A stretch of 34,395 nt of DNA from Alphaproteobacteria bacterium (lineage in GTDB: Bacteria; Pseudomonadota; Alphaproteobacteria; CAWBKL01): assembly GCA_049288095.1 (NCBI GenBank), contig JBAQHC010000431.1, positions 1 through 34,395 of the forward strand, written 5' to 3'. Below are positions 24,529-33,994 of the stretch, one piece after another. The notes beneath the pieces are model-generated. The model was not told the origin of the DNA and searched no databases. It worked only from the letters and a program-made list of their open reading frames with translations. The position numbers and the translations under genes are program-made. How positions within the stretch are numbered: position 1 is the first letter of the stretch; each line of letters opens with the position of its first letter.

Positions 24529-24602
24529 TCTTGAGGGATAGGGCGCTAATGACACACTCGTCAACGCTGTAAAGCCTTGCCGCGATTTGCTCCTCCATTA
24601 AG

Positions 24603-26357
24603 ATGCGCGCCGTCTCAAATCACTCGAGAAACGCCCGTATGATCCGCTCCGGAATTCTTGCAATTATCAGTGCGCTTGCGATTGGCTTCAGCGCGAGCGC
24701 GCTCAATGCCGAGACGGCGGCGCCCGGCCGCGACTTTTCGGGTTTCATCGTCACGACGACGCAAGCAACGGCGAGCGATGTCGGCGCCGACATTATCCGG
24801 CGCGGCGGATCGGCGGCCGATGCCGCGGTTGCCGTGCAAGCCGTGCTCGGATTGATTGAGCCATCCTCATCCGGCATCGGCGGCGGCGCGTTCATGGTCT
24901 ATCGCGATGCCAAGACCGGCAAGGTCTCGACATATGACGGGCGCGAAGTGGCGCCCGCCGCGACGAAGGGCGATCAATTCCTCGGCGCCGACGGCAAGCC
25001 GAGTTTCGACAAATGGTTTGGCGGCCTTGGAGTTGGCGTGCCCGGGACGATCCCGATGCTTGCACTTGCGCACAAAGAGCATGGCAAGCTGCCATGGGCG
25101 AGCTTGTTCGACCCCGCCATCAAGATTGCGAATGACGGCTTTCCGATCGACGAACATTTGCATCAGTCGACGCAGTTTCCGCCGGGCCTGAAGGATTCGC
25201 CGACGGCTGCGGCGTATCTTTTCAAGGACGGCACTGCACTCCCCGTCGGCACCGTGCTGCACAATCCGGCGTACGCGCAAACGATGAAGGCGCTCGCCAA
25301 GAATCCGCGTGCGCTGAATGAGGGCAAGATCGCCAAAGACATTGTCTATACGATCAATCACGCGTTCAAGAATCCGCAGGCGATGACGCTTAAAGACCTT
25401 TCGTCATATGAAGCAAAAGAGCGCGACCCGGCGTGCGGCCCTTATCGCGATTACACCGTGTGCGGCATGGGGCTGCCGAGCTCGGGCGGCATCATCATTC
25501 TCGAAACGCTCGGCATGCTGCAGCATTTTCCGCTGCCCAAGCTCGGCGCCAAAAATCCACAAAGCTGGCACTTGATTGCGGAGGCGGAGCGGCTTGCGTT
25601 TGCCGACCGCGCGAAATTCCTGGGCGATAGCGATGTCATCGATGTGCCCGTGAAAGGCCTCATAGATTCGGGTTATCTCAAGGACCGCGCGGCATTGATT
25701 GATCCCAAGCACGCGGCGCCGGGCCCGCGTGAGGCCGGCGAGCCGCCGCACCAGACCGGCATGCTGTATGCGCCGGCGCCGTTCTCCACTTTGCCGTCGA
25801 CGACGCATTTCACCATCGTCGACAAGGACGGCAATGTCGCTTCGATCACATCATCGATCCAGCTTGGCTTTGGCAGCCAGATCATGGTCGATGGCTTCTT
25901 CCTCAATAACGAGCTGACCGATTTCTCGATGGTGCCGGTGGTGAACGGCAAGCTGGTTGCCAACGCCGCGGCGGGAGATAAGCGGCCCTTGAGCTCGATG
26001 TCGCCGACCATCGTGACTGACAAAGACGGAAAACTTGTCATGGCAGTCGGCTCGCCGGGCGGCGTGCGCATTATCGGTTATGTGGTGAAGGCGCTGATCG
26101 GCGTGCTCGATTGGAATATGCCGATGCAGGACGCGATCGATCTGCCGAACTTCATGAATCTCAACGGCAAGACCGATATCGAGTCGGGCCCCGGCACGGA
26201 TGCGCTTAGTGCGGCGCTGAAAGCCAAAGGCCATGACGTTGACGAGATGCAGCGCGCAGCGCCTGCGCTTGAAGGCTTTAGGGTGATCCCTGGCGGCTAC
26301 GACGGCGGCACGGACAAACACCGCGACGGCAAGATCGCCGGCGGCGCCCCGCTTTAA
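24603..26357 (+). CDS. ggt: Gamma-glutamyltransferase
   Basis: 584-aa ORF; the alternative ATG at 24639 (MIRSGILAIISALAIGFSASA..., signal peptide) may be the true start. Blocks: 'GGSAADAAVA' and the autoprocessing/nucleophile Thr in 'PSTTHFTIVDKDGNVAS'. Also 'DKRPLSSMSPTIV' and 'AVGSPGGVRII'. Confidence 0.93.
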   Translation: MRAVSNHSRNARMIRSGILAIISALAIGFSASALNAETAAPGRDFSGFIVTTTQATASDVGADIIRRGGSAADAAVAVQAVLGLIEPSSSGIGGGAFMVYRDAKTGKVSTYDGREVAPAATKGDQFLGADGKPSFDKWFGGLGVGVPGTIPMLALAHKEHGKLPWASLFDPAIKIANDGFPIDEHLHQSTQFPPGLKDSPTAAAYLFKDGTALPVGTVLHNPAYAQTMKALAKNPRALNEGKIAKDIVYTINHAFKNPQAMTLKDLSSYEAKERDPACGPYRDYTVCGMGLPSSGGIIILETLGMLQHFPLPKLGAKNPQSWHLIAEAERLAFADRAKFLGDSDVIDVPVKGLIDSGYLKDRAALIDPKHAAPGPREAGEPPHQTGMLYAPAPFSTLPSTTHFTIVDKDGNVASITSSIQLGFGSQIMVDGFFLNNELTDFSMVPVVNGKLVANAAAGDKRPLSSMSPTIVTDKDGKLVMAVGSPGGVRIIGYVVKALIGVLDWNMPMQDAIDLPNFMNLNGKTDIESGPGTDALSAALKAKGHDVDEMQRAAPALEGFRVIPGGYDGGTDKHRDGKIAGGAPL

Positions 26358-26433
26358 AGCGGAAGCGAGTACTGCCCCTCTCTTGAGGTGCCGTCCTAAC
26401 CTGCCCTTCGGTGTCCTAAGTTTTGAGAGAGGA

Positions 26434-26652
26434 CTAGCCTCGCCTTAGCGTCTCGGAGGCAGCATGAGACGATGGCGTGGGCGCGAGGGAATTGAAATGC
26501 GTGTCAACGAAGTCAACGTTGAAGAAAGGGTCTTTTGTTGCCTCACCAGTTAGAGTCCGCGCAACAAAGGTACCACAACCTGGCGCCGCCTGATCCGATG
26601 AGATCGTCGGCGTGAATTTAGTCGCCATCTCGACAGTCGTCGTTTCCGTCAT
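26434..26652 (-). CDS. Small hypothetical protein (~72 aa), translationally coupled to the upstream serine peptidase
   Basis: ORF 26434..26712. I start it at the ATG at 26652 because GGAGGA (complement of 26660..26665) lies 7 nt upstream; the ATG at 26658 is only 1 nt from it. The peptidase stop TGA (26671..26669) sits inside this purine tract. Product: MTETTTVEMATKFTPTISSDQAAPGCGTFVARTLTGEATKDPFFNVDFVDTHFNSLAPTPSSHAASETLRRG. It is Thr/Ser-rich and acidic, with no TM segment and no family I recognise. Confidence 0.55.
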   Translation of the reverse strand: MTETTTVEMATKFTPTISSDQAAPGCGTFVARTLTGEATKDPFFNVDFVDTHFNSLAPTPSSHAASETLRRG

Positions 26653-26668
26653 CGTCATGTCCTCCCCC

Positions 26669-27541
26669 TCAGGCAACATCATATTTGATGCCGTTCTGAT
26701 CGAAAAGCCCAAACAATGTTGCCGTATGCACGCCTAATCCGACGTTAAGAAACTGATGCTCAGGAGTTTTTGCGCCCGGGGCGACTGGGTTAAAGCCTAG
26801 CGGCAGATGTCCGGTTCTGCACTGAATGGCCCAGATAACTCCATTTTGATCAAAAGTCGGGCCACCGCTCTGTCCTTTCAGGCCTGGCGATGACGTCTCT
26901 ATCAACCTGAGCGGGTATGGTGGCGGATTCGTTGGTTGGAACTCGATCACGCGAGTAAATATACCGTCCATTGGAAACAATGGCAGGGGCACTGCTCCAG
27001 GTGGCAACCTAAATACATCCGTGGACTGATCATATGTTGGGTTTATCTCATGGAATGGGAAGCCGAGCTTGCATAGGGACGCTCCCGGCTCTGGATTGTC
27101 GCTTGGATTCTTGAATTTCGGATATCTCGAAATGCTGCCAGGATCGAAGTTTGCAAGCTTTGCTACTCCAATATCCACTGTCTCGTTGAATACGATTTGT
27201 GTAGTCACAATGCCATCGCGGCCCCACCATATGGAGCCACGCTTCGTGGCGTTCTTATCTAGCTTGCCGAGTGCTCTCTTTCGGTCATAACGCTCTTTGG
27301 AACCCAGACTTACGTCACCGTCAATTGCTGCTACCGACGCTTCATGAGCACGAGCCGCGTGATCGCCCGATACCAATTCATCGACATGCTTGAGGATATG
27401 GGCTGCTGTAACTATCCAGCCATCACGATTGACATGAACGAAAGAGCCAATTGCACACGAACAGTCGCCAGCTTGGCTAAGTCGACTCATCACTATGGGT
27501 CGCGTGAATTCCCGTGCAATCGCATAGGCTTCTCGAAACAT
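26669..27541 (-). CDS. Trypsin-like (S1/chymotrypsin-fold, Trypsin_2-type) serine peptidase without signal peptide
   Basis: 290 aa. The complete catalytic triad is readable: His in 'WIVTAAHIL', Asp in 'ETVDIGVAKL', Ser in 'LKGQSGGPTF'. There is no N-terminal hydrophobic leader (MFREAYAIAREFTRPIVMSR...). GGAAAG lies about 8 nt upstream of the ATG. G+C is lower than in the neighbours. Confidence 0.8.
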   Translation of the reverse strand: MFREAYAIAREFTRPIVMSRLSQAGDCSCAIGSFVHVNRDGWIVTAAHILKHVDELVSGDHAARAHEASVAAIDGDVSLGSKERYDRKRALGKLDKNATKRGSIWWGRDGIVTTQIVFNETVDIGVAKLANFDPGSISRYPKFKNPSDNPEPGASLCKLGFPFHEINPTYDQSTDVFRLPPGAVPLPLFPMDGIFTRVIEFQPTNPPPYPLRLIETSSPGLKGQSGGPTFDQNGVIWAIQCRTGHLPLGFNPVAPGAKTPEHQFLNVGLGVHTATLFGLFDQNGIKYDVA

Positions 27542-27844
27542 TTGCGCTTTCCAGGTTCAGCTGCCTTCTTTCTCTCGTAACTCTTAGCTGTCAATCTCGA
27601 CAAGTCATATTGACGCCCGCCATCGACTACTTGGAAGCGCCAAACGAATTCGCTCAGTTGTCCTAACTCGGGCAACCCCCCTTGACGAGCGTAACGCTCA
27701 TACCCATATCCACGCTTAACTCTGGAAGTGCGCCCGGTGGATAAGGGAGGCGGGAGAAATCCACCAATATCGGAGGCCGGGACGACCCAGAGGCCCGCGC
27801 GGCTCTTTCTAATTCTAGGCGATCCCTTATCGTTTCCACGGGAG

Positions 27845-27935
27845 CGTCATTGCGAGCGAAGCGAAGCAATCCAGGGGCGGCTTGCCACTTGATTCCTGGA
27901 TCGCCACGGCCGCGAAGAGCGGCCTCGCGATGACG
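27845..27935. repeat. REP/MITE-like imperfect palindromic repeat unit ('cgtcattgcgagcgaagcgaagcaatccagg ... cctggatcgcc...cgcgatgacg')
   Basis: The left arm cgtcattgcgag...atccagg (27845 onward) and the right arm cctggat...ctcgcgatgacg (ending 27935) are inverted copies. The core 'cattgcgagcgaagcgaagcaatcc' (translating to VIASEAKQS / ...FARNDA on the other strand) is, from memory, a dispersed intergenic repeat in many Hyphomicrobiales genomes. Only one copy is present in this window. Confidence 0.6.
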
Positions 27936-27964
27936 AGCATGATGCCACTTCAAGCGCTCATGGC

Positions 27965-28642
27965 TTAAGCGGCGGTGGCGAAGGAGCGCGTGGTGTTCAT
28001 CACTTCGCGCGCCAAAAGCCGCATCTCAGCGGCAGCGAGGGATGACGGCGCCAGCTCAGTGACGCCGCGCCCGCTCATCAAGCTTTCCGCAAAAGATGTG
28101 CGGTTGCCGAGCATTGCACGCGCCATCGGCCATTGTGCAGTTTGCGCCTCGGCGATGACCGCATCATTGAGCCGCGCGCGCGGCGGCACACGGTTGAGCA
28201 CGAGCAACGGATGGGTGCCAGTTTGCTTCGCCATATTCACGGTCGGCGCTGTCGCCCACAAATCCATCGGCGACAGCTGAAGCGGCACGATGACGATATC
28301 GGCATTGCGGAAGGCCTGGTACGGAACATCCGTACCCGGAGGAAGATCGAGGATAACGACATCGGCCTCGCGGCGCGCGCGCAACAGCTCGCCCGAGAGC
28401 CGCCAGCCGGAAGCGCGCCGCACCTCGAGCATGCCGACGCCGAAGCCTTGGGCCTCGCGCACCTCGAACCATTTGACGAGGCTTTCCTGAGGATCAAGAT
28501 CGAGCGCGATCACCTTGAGCGGCGCCCAAGCCTGCGCGCCCGACGCATAGAAAGGATTCGCCCAAGCGACGGAAAGATGCGCCGCAAGCGATGTCTTGCC
28601 AGACCCGCCCTTTTGCTGTGCCACCGTGATGACGAGCGACAT
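27965..28642 (-). CDS. Orphan ParA/MinD-family P-loop ATPase (no ParB partner in the window)
   Basis: The ORF extends to 28648 with TTG. The ATG at 28642 (MSLVITVAQQKGGSGKTS...) has GGAAGG 6 nt upstream. It carries the deviant Walker A 'QQKGGSGKTS', 'VIALDLDPQ' and Walker B 'VVILDLPPG'. Confidence 0.85.
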   Translation of the reverse strand: MSLVITVAQQKGGSGKTSLAAHLSVAWANPFYASGAQAWAPLKVIALDLDPQESLVKWFEVREAQGFGVGMLEVRRASGWRLSGELLRARREADVVILDLPPGTDVPYQAFRNADIVIVPLQLSPMDLWATAPTVNMAKQTGTHPLLVLNRVPPRARLNDAVIAEAQTAQWPMARAMLGNRTSFAESLMSGRGVTELAPSSLAAAEMRLLAREVMNTTRSFATAA

Positions 28643-28716
28643 AGCCAACCTTCCAAATCCGCAACCCGCCTCTCGCGGATGCTAAGTGATTCGGCGAAGG
28701 CGGGTCATGCGCGGCG

Positions 28717-29487
28717 TCAAGCGCGCAAGGCGACAATGAACCTTCTTGAGAAGGGAAACAGAGTCTGGCCGCCCGATTCCTGGGGATAATGCGCGGCCAG
28801 GCGCTGCTGCAGCAGCTCCAGGAAAGCGTTCGCCTCGCGCTCATCAAGCTCCGCCATGATCGGCACCAGCGCCGTGCCCTTGATCCAGCGCAGCACCGGA
28901 TCCTCGCCCTTCAGCACCTGAAGATAACGCGTATCCCAAATGTCGATGGTGGAGGCGAGCGGGGACAGCATGCGGAAATAATCCGCCTGCGGAAGAACGT
29001 GGCGCGACAGCGCAGCCGATTTGATGCGGTGCGCGAGCCCCTGCTCATTCAGCACCTCATCAATGATCGTGTGCGGCGGACCCTCGTGGTTGGCCGGAAT
29101 TTGAAACGCGAAGGCGCCGCCCTGCTTCACGCTCGCGAAAAGCCGCGGCAGCAATTTCTCCTGACCGCCGATCCATTGAAAGGTCGCGTTGGAGTACAAG
29201 AGATCGGGCGTCTCAGCCGGGGACCAATCGGCGAGATCAGCCTCCTGCCACTCGACGTTCTTGGGACCGCTTTCCCGCGCAGCCGCAAGCATTTCGCGCG
29301 AGCTGTCGACGCCGATGAGCTTTGCCTTCGGCCAGCTTTCGGCGAGCGCCCCAGTCGAATTTCCCGGGCCGCAACCAAGATCGTAGATCACTTGCGGCGC
29401 ATCGAGCGGAATGCGCACAATCAGCTCATAAGCGGGGCGCGTTCTGTGATCGGCGAAATTGAGATAAGTCGCCGCGTTCCACGCCAT
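28717..29487 (-). CDS. tam: Trans-aconitate 2-methyltransferase
   Basis: MAWNAATYLNFADHRTRPAYELIVRIPLDAPQVIYDLGCGPGNSTGALAE... matches the Tam N-terminus and the SAM-binding motif 'DLGCGPGN'. The ATG at 29487 overlaps the upstream kinase stop by 1 nt (TGATG). Confidence 0.85.
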   Translation of the reverse strand: MAWNAATYLNFADHRTRPAYELIVRIPLDAPQVIYDLGCGPGNSTGALAESWPKAKLIGVDSSREMLAAARESGPKNVEWQEADLADWSPAETPDLLYSNATFQWIGGQEKLLPRLFASVKQGGAFAFQIPANHEGPPHTIIDEVLNEQGLAHRIKSAALSRHVLPQADYFRMLSPLASTIDIWDTRYLQVLKGEDPVLRWIKGTALVPIMAELDEREANAFLELLQQRLAAHYPQESGGQTLFPFSRRFIVALRA

Positions 29488-31034
29488 CAAACTTTTTCCT
29501 GCGGCAGCTCGATGCGGAACACGGTGCCTTGCGGGCCGGTGCGCACGAGCTTGATGTCGCCTCTATGCGCGCGCACCAGCTCGGCCGCTATCGCAAGACC
29601 AAGGCCCGAGCCGCCGGGGCGCTGCACGGATGCAAACGGCTCAAAAAGGCGCGCCTGAGCGGCCTCGGGAATGCCCGGGCCAGCGTCTTTCACTTCGATG
29701 TGGATGGCGCGGCCCAATGTGTAGGCATCGATCGCAACCTCACCCGGCTTGTTCGACACCTCAATCGCCTGGATGGCGTTGCGGCACAAATTGAGCAGCA
29801 CGCGGAAGATCTGATCGGGATCGGCGACAAGCATGAGTGATTGCGGCACCTGATTACGGAACGAGGCGAGGCCGCCTTCGTTCAAGAACGCATTCGCGCC
29901 GACATCTTCGACGAGCTTGTTCAAATTGAAGCTGCGCGGCTGCGGCGCGGTTTCCTCCGCCCGGCCGTAGCGCAAAGTGTTGGTGCAGAGCGCAACCGCA
30001 CGCCCAATCGCGGCGATGAGCTTGGGCGCCAAACGCTGAACCAGCGGATCCTCGCTTCTCTCCAAGCGATCAACAAGAAGCTGCGCGCTCGACAGCATAT
30101 TGCGCAAATCGTGATTGATCTTGGAGACGGCGGTGCCGAGCGCGGCAAGCCGCGCGCGCTGCGCCAGCGCAAGCCGCAAATCGCCCTGCATGGCGGCAAG
30201 CTCGCGCTCGGCCGAACCGATTTCATCGCGCCGGTCGCTCGGGACGATAATCGCGCTCGGGTCCTCGGGCGCGGCTCTGAAGCGCGCCATCGAGCGCTCG
30301 ATGCCCATCATCGGATGCACGAGCAAAATATTGATCGCAGCGAAAACCGCGGCGGCCGTTAGCACCGAGATGAGGATCGAGCTTTCGATGATCGTGTGCG
30401 AATAACCGAACATCGCGTCGCGCACCGGGGCCTCGCTCATCACGGCTTCGATGTAGACGCCGCCTTTGAACCGCGGCTTGCCGCGTACCGAGATGATGCG
30501 GTCGCCCGTGCTCGTGAGCAATTGGAAGGCATCGACGATCGAAGCAAACTCGCCCTCGCGCGTGAGATCAAAGGTCTGCATCGGGCGCGGCGGAGGCTGG
30601 CCGGGCCGAAGATAAAGCGAGCGCTGCTCGTCCCGCTTCAAGATCACGGAGAGCACGCCCGCATTGGCCAGAAGCTCATCGGCAAGCTCGTCGCTCACAT
30701 TGTTATTCATCGCGAGCGCCGCGATCTGCGCGGATTCGAGGTGCTGGAGCAGGATCTCGTTGCGATAGGAAGCGATCGAGGGCACGAAGATCAGCACCTC
30801 GGACAGCATCACGACCGAGACGGTGAGCACGAGGAGGCGCGCCGAGAGGCCCCTTGGCACGAAGGGGCGCGCGATCCGACGGAGCCAACGGAGCAATCCG
30901 CCCCGCCCGGGGACCCGCGTGACTCTCAGGCTTTGCTGGTTTGCGCCGTCGGCTTTCATTACGCCCGCATTTTGCCCGTTTGACTGATGCATTGAAACGT
31001 CACTGCGGATGCAAAACGCCCCCACGGGCCTCAA
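29487..31034 (-). CDS. Membrane sensor histidine kinase
   Basis: 515-aa maximal ORF. The start is uncertain: ATGs at 30992 and 30959 are alternatives and none has a clear SD. Two hydrophobic segments are present ('LLVLTVSVVMLSEVLIFVPSI', 'ILISVLTAAAVFAAINILLV'). The H-box is 'VSKINHDLRNMLSSAQL'. Kinase boxes are 'LLNLCRNAIQA', 'KDAGPGIP' and 'GGSGLGLAIA'. Confidence 0.85.
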   Translation of the reverse strand: MRPVGAFCIRSDVSMHQSNGQNAGVMKADGANQQSLRVTRVPGRGGLLRWLRRIARPFVPRGLSARLLVLTVSVVMLSEVLIFVPSIASYRNEILLQHLESAQIAALAMNNNVSDELADELLANAGVLSVILKRDEQRSLYLRPGQPPPRPMQTFDLTREGEFASIVDAFQLLTSTGDRIISVRGKPRFKGGVYIEAVMSEAPVRDAMFGYSHTIIESSILISVLTAAAVFAAINILLVHPMMGIERSMARFRAAPEDPSAIIVPSDRRDEIGSAERELAAMQGDLRLALAQRARLAALGTAVSKINHDLRNMLSSAQLLVDRLERSEDPLVQRLAPKLIAAIGRAVALCTNTLRYGRAEETAPQPRSFNLNKLVEDVGANAFLNEGGLASFRNQVPQSLMLVADPDQIFRVLLNLCRNAIQAIEVSNKPGEVAIDAYTLGRAIHIEVKDAGPGIPEAAQARLFEPFASVQRPGGSGLGLAIAAELVRAHRGDIKLVRTGPQGTVFRIELPQEKV

Positions 31035-31188
31035 GAGGCGAGAGCCAAGACAGGGTTTGAACGTTTGGCCCCCGCCTACTCCGGCTCAAAAGATTGCCGC
31101 TGCCACCTGAACTGGGGCTGATTTTCGTTAACTCAAGCCCAGGCCTCGTAATTTTGCCCCGGTGTGGCGGCCAGGCCGCCGCCTGCGG

Positions 31189-31217
31189 TTGACAAGGCGC
31201 AGAGCCTTGCCTATCAA
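31189..31217 (+). promoter_or_regulatory. Putative sigma-70-type promoter of rpmH
   Basis: TTGACA (31189..31194), an exactly 17-nt spacer, then TATCAA (31212..31217), about 38 nt upstream of the rpmH ATG. The match was made by eye only. Confidence 0.5.
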
Positions 31218-31255
31218 ACCGCGCTTTCCGGCGAAGGATCGCCTAAGGTTAGGCC

Positions 31256-31390
31256 ATGAAGCGCACCTATCAACCGAGCCGCCTCGTCCGCAAACGCCGC
31301 CACGGCTTCCGCCAGCGCATGGCGGGCGTGGGCGGCCGCAAAGTTTTGGCACGGCGCCGGGCCAAGGGGCGCAAGCGCCTCTCCGCTTAA
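31256..31390 (+). CDS. rpmH: 50S ribosomal protein L34
   Basis: Too short for the ORF track. My translation is [44 protein letters not shown], which carries the canonical L34 'MKRTYQPS...RKRxHGFRxRM' sequence. Confidence 0.95.
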   Translation: MKRTYQPSRLVRKRRHGFRQRMAGVGGRKVLARRRAKGRKRLSA

Positions 31391-31400
31391 GCCGGCTTTC

Positions 31401-31790
31401 TTGCATCCCGTGACGACCTTGAAGCGGCGGCCGGAGTTCCTGGCCGTGAACGCCGGTGCGCGGGCCTCAAAGCCGGGATTCGTCCTGCTTGGCCTTGCAC
31501 GTGAGGCAGGCGAACCTCATATCGGCGCAGAAACCATCCGCTTCGGGCTTACGGTGACCAAGAAGATCGGCAAGGCGGTCAAGCGAAACCGGGCGCGGCG
31601 CCGGCTGAGGGCAATTGCCCAATCGCGGCTGCCGGAGTTGGGACGGCCGGGCTGGGATTATGTGTTGATCGCGCGTGATGGCGCCGTGACGAGGCCATTT
31701 GCTGCGCTCCAAGGCGACCTTGAATCGGCCTTGGAAATGCTCCACAAGGCTCGCCGACCCGATGGGGCCGGGCGCGCGCGGCGGGCCTAA
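31401..31790 (+). CDS. rnpA: Ribonuclease P protein component
   Basis: It lies immediately downstream of rpmH, the conserved position. The product is basic, with '[25 protein letters not shown]' (RNR motif region). The start is uncertain (TTG at 31401 or GTG at 31410). Confidence 0.85.
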   Translation: MHPVTTLKRRPEFLAVNAGARASKPGFVLLGLAREAGEPHIGAETIRFGLTVTKKIGKAVKRNRARRRLRAIAQSRLPELGRPGWDYVLIARDGAVTRPFAALQGDLESALEMLHKARRPDGAGRARRA

Positions 31791-31854
31791 CCGAAGAACC
31801 GAAGAGTCCCCCCGATACGCCAATTTGTTCGTAAGCGTCCCATTCAAGGATCTG

Positions 31855-32172
31855 ATGACGAAGGCCTTAAGCTCATCCTTTCACCGCCGAGTCTTGGCTT
31901 TGCCCGCAAAGCTCAGCGCGCAGGTGCTCGTCCTCGTCATCCGCGCCTACCGGATCGGCATCTCGCCTTTGATCGGCGCGCATTGCCGTTATCAGCCGAC
32001 GTGTTCCGCCTACGCCATCGAGGCGCTCGAGCGTCACGGAGTCTTGCGCGGCTCGGCGCTCGCAATCAGCCGGCTCTTGCGCTGCCATCCGGTCAAATGG
32101 CTCGGCGGCAGTGAAGGCTTCGATCCCGTTCCCGAGCCGAAGGGCAGAGTGACAAGGACGCACCATGTCTGA
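31855..32172 (+). CDS. yidD: Membrane protein insertion efficiency factor YidD
   Basis: ORF 31699..32172. The ATG at 31855 has AAGGA 4 nt upstream. The YidD signature is '[36 protein letters not shown]...RLLRCHP'. It overlaps yidC by 8 nt. Confidence 0.85.
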   Translation: MTKALSSSFHRRVLALPAKLSAQVLVLVIRAYRIGISPLIGAHCRYQPTCSAYAIEALERHGVLRGSALAISRLLRCHPVKWLGGSEGFDPVPEPKGRVTRTHHV

Positions 32173-33994
32173 GCAGCGCAATCTCATCCTTGCCATCGCG
32201 CTCTCACTTGGCGTGTTCGTGTTGTGGAGCGTCGTGTTCCCGCCGGCGCCGCATCCGAAGGAGCCTGCGCCGAGCGGTCAGCAAACTACGGCCACGAGCA
32301 CAGGTATTCCGGGAATCACGCCAACCCAAGTGGCGCAGATGACGCGCCCGCAGGCGCTCGCTGGGTCGCAGCGCGTGCCGATCGATGCGCCGCGCGTTTC
32401 TGGCTCGATCAATCTCACCGGCGCAATGCTCGATGATCTCGATCTTAAAGGCTATCACGAGGCGATCGACACGAAGAGCCCGCTCATCACGCTGCTCAGC
32501 CCGCGCGGTGCGGCCAATGCCTATTACACCGAGTTCGGCTGGACTGCGCCGCAAGGCTCGCAAGTCGCGCTGCCAGGGCCGACGACGCAGTGGCAGATTG
32601 AGTCGGGATCAACGCTCACCGCGAATTCGCCCGTAACGCTCAAATGGGACAACGCCCAAGGCCTTGTCTTCCACATCACTTATGCGATCGACGCGAACTA
32701 CATGTTCACGGTGACGCAAAGCGTCGACAACCAGAGCGGCCGCGATGTCGGCCTTGTTCCCTATGGCGTGATCAGCCGGCTCGAAGCACCGAAGACCGGA
32801 AGCGTTTGGTTCGCGCATGAAGGTTTTGCCGGCTGGATCAATGGCTCGCTCAAGAACAAGAAGTGGAAGGGGCTGCGCGAAGACGGCGGCTTCAACTCGC
32901 AATCGACGGGCGGCTGGCTCGGTTTCACCGACAAATATTGGATGGCCTCGCTGATCCCGCCGCAGAAGTCACATTTGTCGCTGGCGGTGAATTATGACCA
33001 TCCAGGTGGCGACACCACCGAGCGCTTCGCGGCCGCCTATCAGCTCGACCCCAAGATCCTCGCCTCCGGCATGACGTTCAAAACCGAGAGCCGCTTCTTC
33101 GCCGGCGCCAAGGAAGTGTCGACGATCGACAAATACGAATCCGCGCTTCACATCGACGGCTTCGATCTTTCGATCGATTGGGGCTGGGCGCGTTTTCTTA
33201 CCAAGCCGATCTTCATGACGCTCGAGTTCTTCAAGGGCGTGCTGTGGGGCAATCTCGGCCTTGCGATCCTTGCCGTCACGGTGTGCGTCAAGCTGATCTT
33301 CTTCCCGCTGGCCAATCGCTCCTTCGAGACTGCGGCGAAAATGAAAAAGCTTCAGCCCCAGCTGAAAGAGATTCAGGAGCGCTACAAGGACGACAAAGTC
33401 GAGCTGCAAAAACAGATGGCCGGGCTCTATCAGCGCGAGAAGCTCAATCCGCTCGCGGGCTGTTTGCCGGTGCTCTTGCAAATCCCGGTGTGGTATTCGC
33501 TCTACAACGTCCTGTTCATCACCATCGAAATGCGCCAGGCGCCATTCTTCGGCTGGGTGCACGATCTTTCGGCGCGCGATCCTTCGATGCTCGGCAACCT
33601 TTTCGGCCTCCTGCCCTATGACCCGATGCACATCCCCATGATCGGCTCGTTCATCGCCATCGGCGTTTGGCCGCTGATCATGGGGCTCACCATGTTCGTG
33701 CAGACGAGCCTCACGCCGACGCCGGCGACCGATCCGACGCAGAAGATGATCTTCACGTGGATGCCGGTGCTATGGACCTTCATGCTGGCATCGATGCCCG
33801 TGGGCCTCGTCATCTACTGGACGTGGAACAACTTCCTCTCGATCCTGCAGCAAGCCTTCATCATGCAGCGCTCGGGCACGCCGGTCGATCTCACGAACCT
33901 CCCGGGCGTCAAACCGGTCGCGCGGCTGCTCGGTGCGAAGCCAAGCGGCGACGATAAACCAAAACCCGGCGCGGCCTCTGCGCCGAAGCAATGA
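32165..33994 (+). CDS. yidC: Membrane protein insertase YidC
   Basis: 609 aa. It has N-terminal TM '[19 protein letters not shown]', a large periplasmic domain, and a conserved C-terminal core. Core blocks are '[49 protein letters not shown]' and '[20 protein letters not shown]'. Confidence 0.95.
   Translation: MSEQRNLILAIALSLGVFVLWSVVFPPAPHPKEPAPSGQQTTATSTGIPGITPTQVAQMTRPQALAGSQRVPIDAPRVSGSINLTGAMLDDLDLKGYHEAIDTKSPLITLLSPRGAANAYYTEFGWTAPQGSQVALPGPTTQWQIESGSTLTANSPVTLKWDNAQGLVFHITYAIDANYMFTVTQSVDNQSGRDVGLVPYGVISRLEAPKTGSVWFAHEGFAGWINGSLKNKKWKGLREDGGFNSQSTGGWLGFTDKYWMASLIPPQKSHLSLAVNYDHPGGDTTERFAAAYQLDPKILASGMTFKTESRFFAGAKEVSTIDKYESALHIDGFDLSIDWGWARFLTKPIFMTLEFFKGVLWGNLGLAILAVTVCVKLIFFPLANRSFETAAKMKKLQPQLKEIQERYKDDKVELQKQMAGLYQREKLNPLAGCLPVLLQIPVWYSLYNVLFITIEMRQAPFFGWVHDLSARDPSMLGNLFGLLPYDPMHIPMIGSFIAIGVWPLIMGLTMFVQTSLTPTPATDPTQKMIFTWMPVLWTFMLASMPVGLVIYWTWNNFLSILQQAFIMQRSGTPVDLTNLPGVKPVARLLGAKPSGDDKPKPGAASAPKQ

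Noticed and set aside
23515-26357. Divergent DmpA-family peptidase and gamma-glutamyltransferase as a special peptide/glutathione salvage module
   Set aside because: Both are common housekeeping-type enzymes with normal composition, and nothing in the sequence marks the pairing as unusual.
26402-27667. GTCCTAAC direct repeats (26402..26409 and 27660..27667, plus GTCCTAAG at 26422..26429) bracketing the low-G+C cassette, as possible target-site duplications
   Set aside because: An 8-nt match between two flanks of this size is expected by chance at appreciable frequency (rough estimate a few tenths). No terminal inverted repeats or transposase accompany it.
27663-27953. 96-aa minus-strand ORF (contains 'LLRFARNDA')
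   Set aside because: The ORF is generated by reading through the REP/MITE-like palindromic repeat. The 'FARNDA' peptide is the known translation artefact of that repeat.
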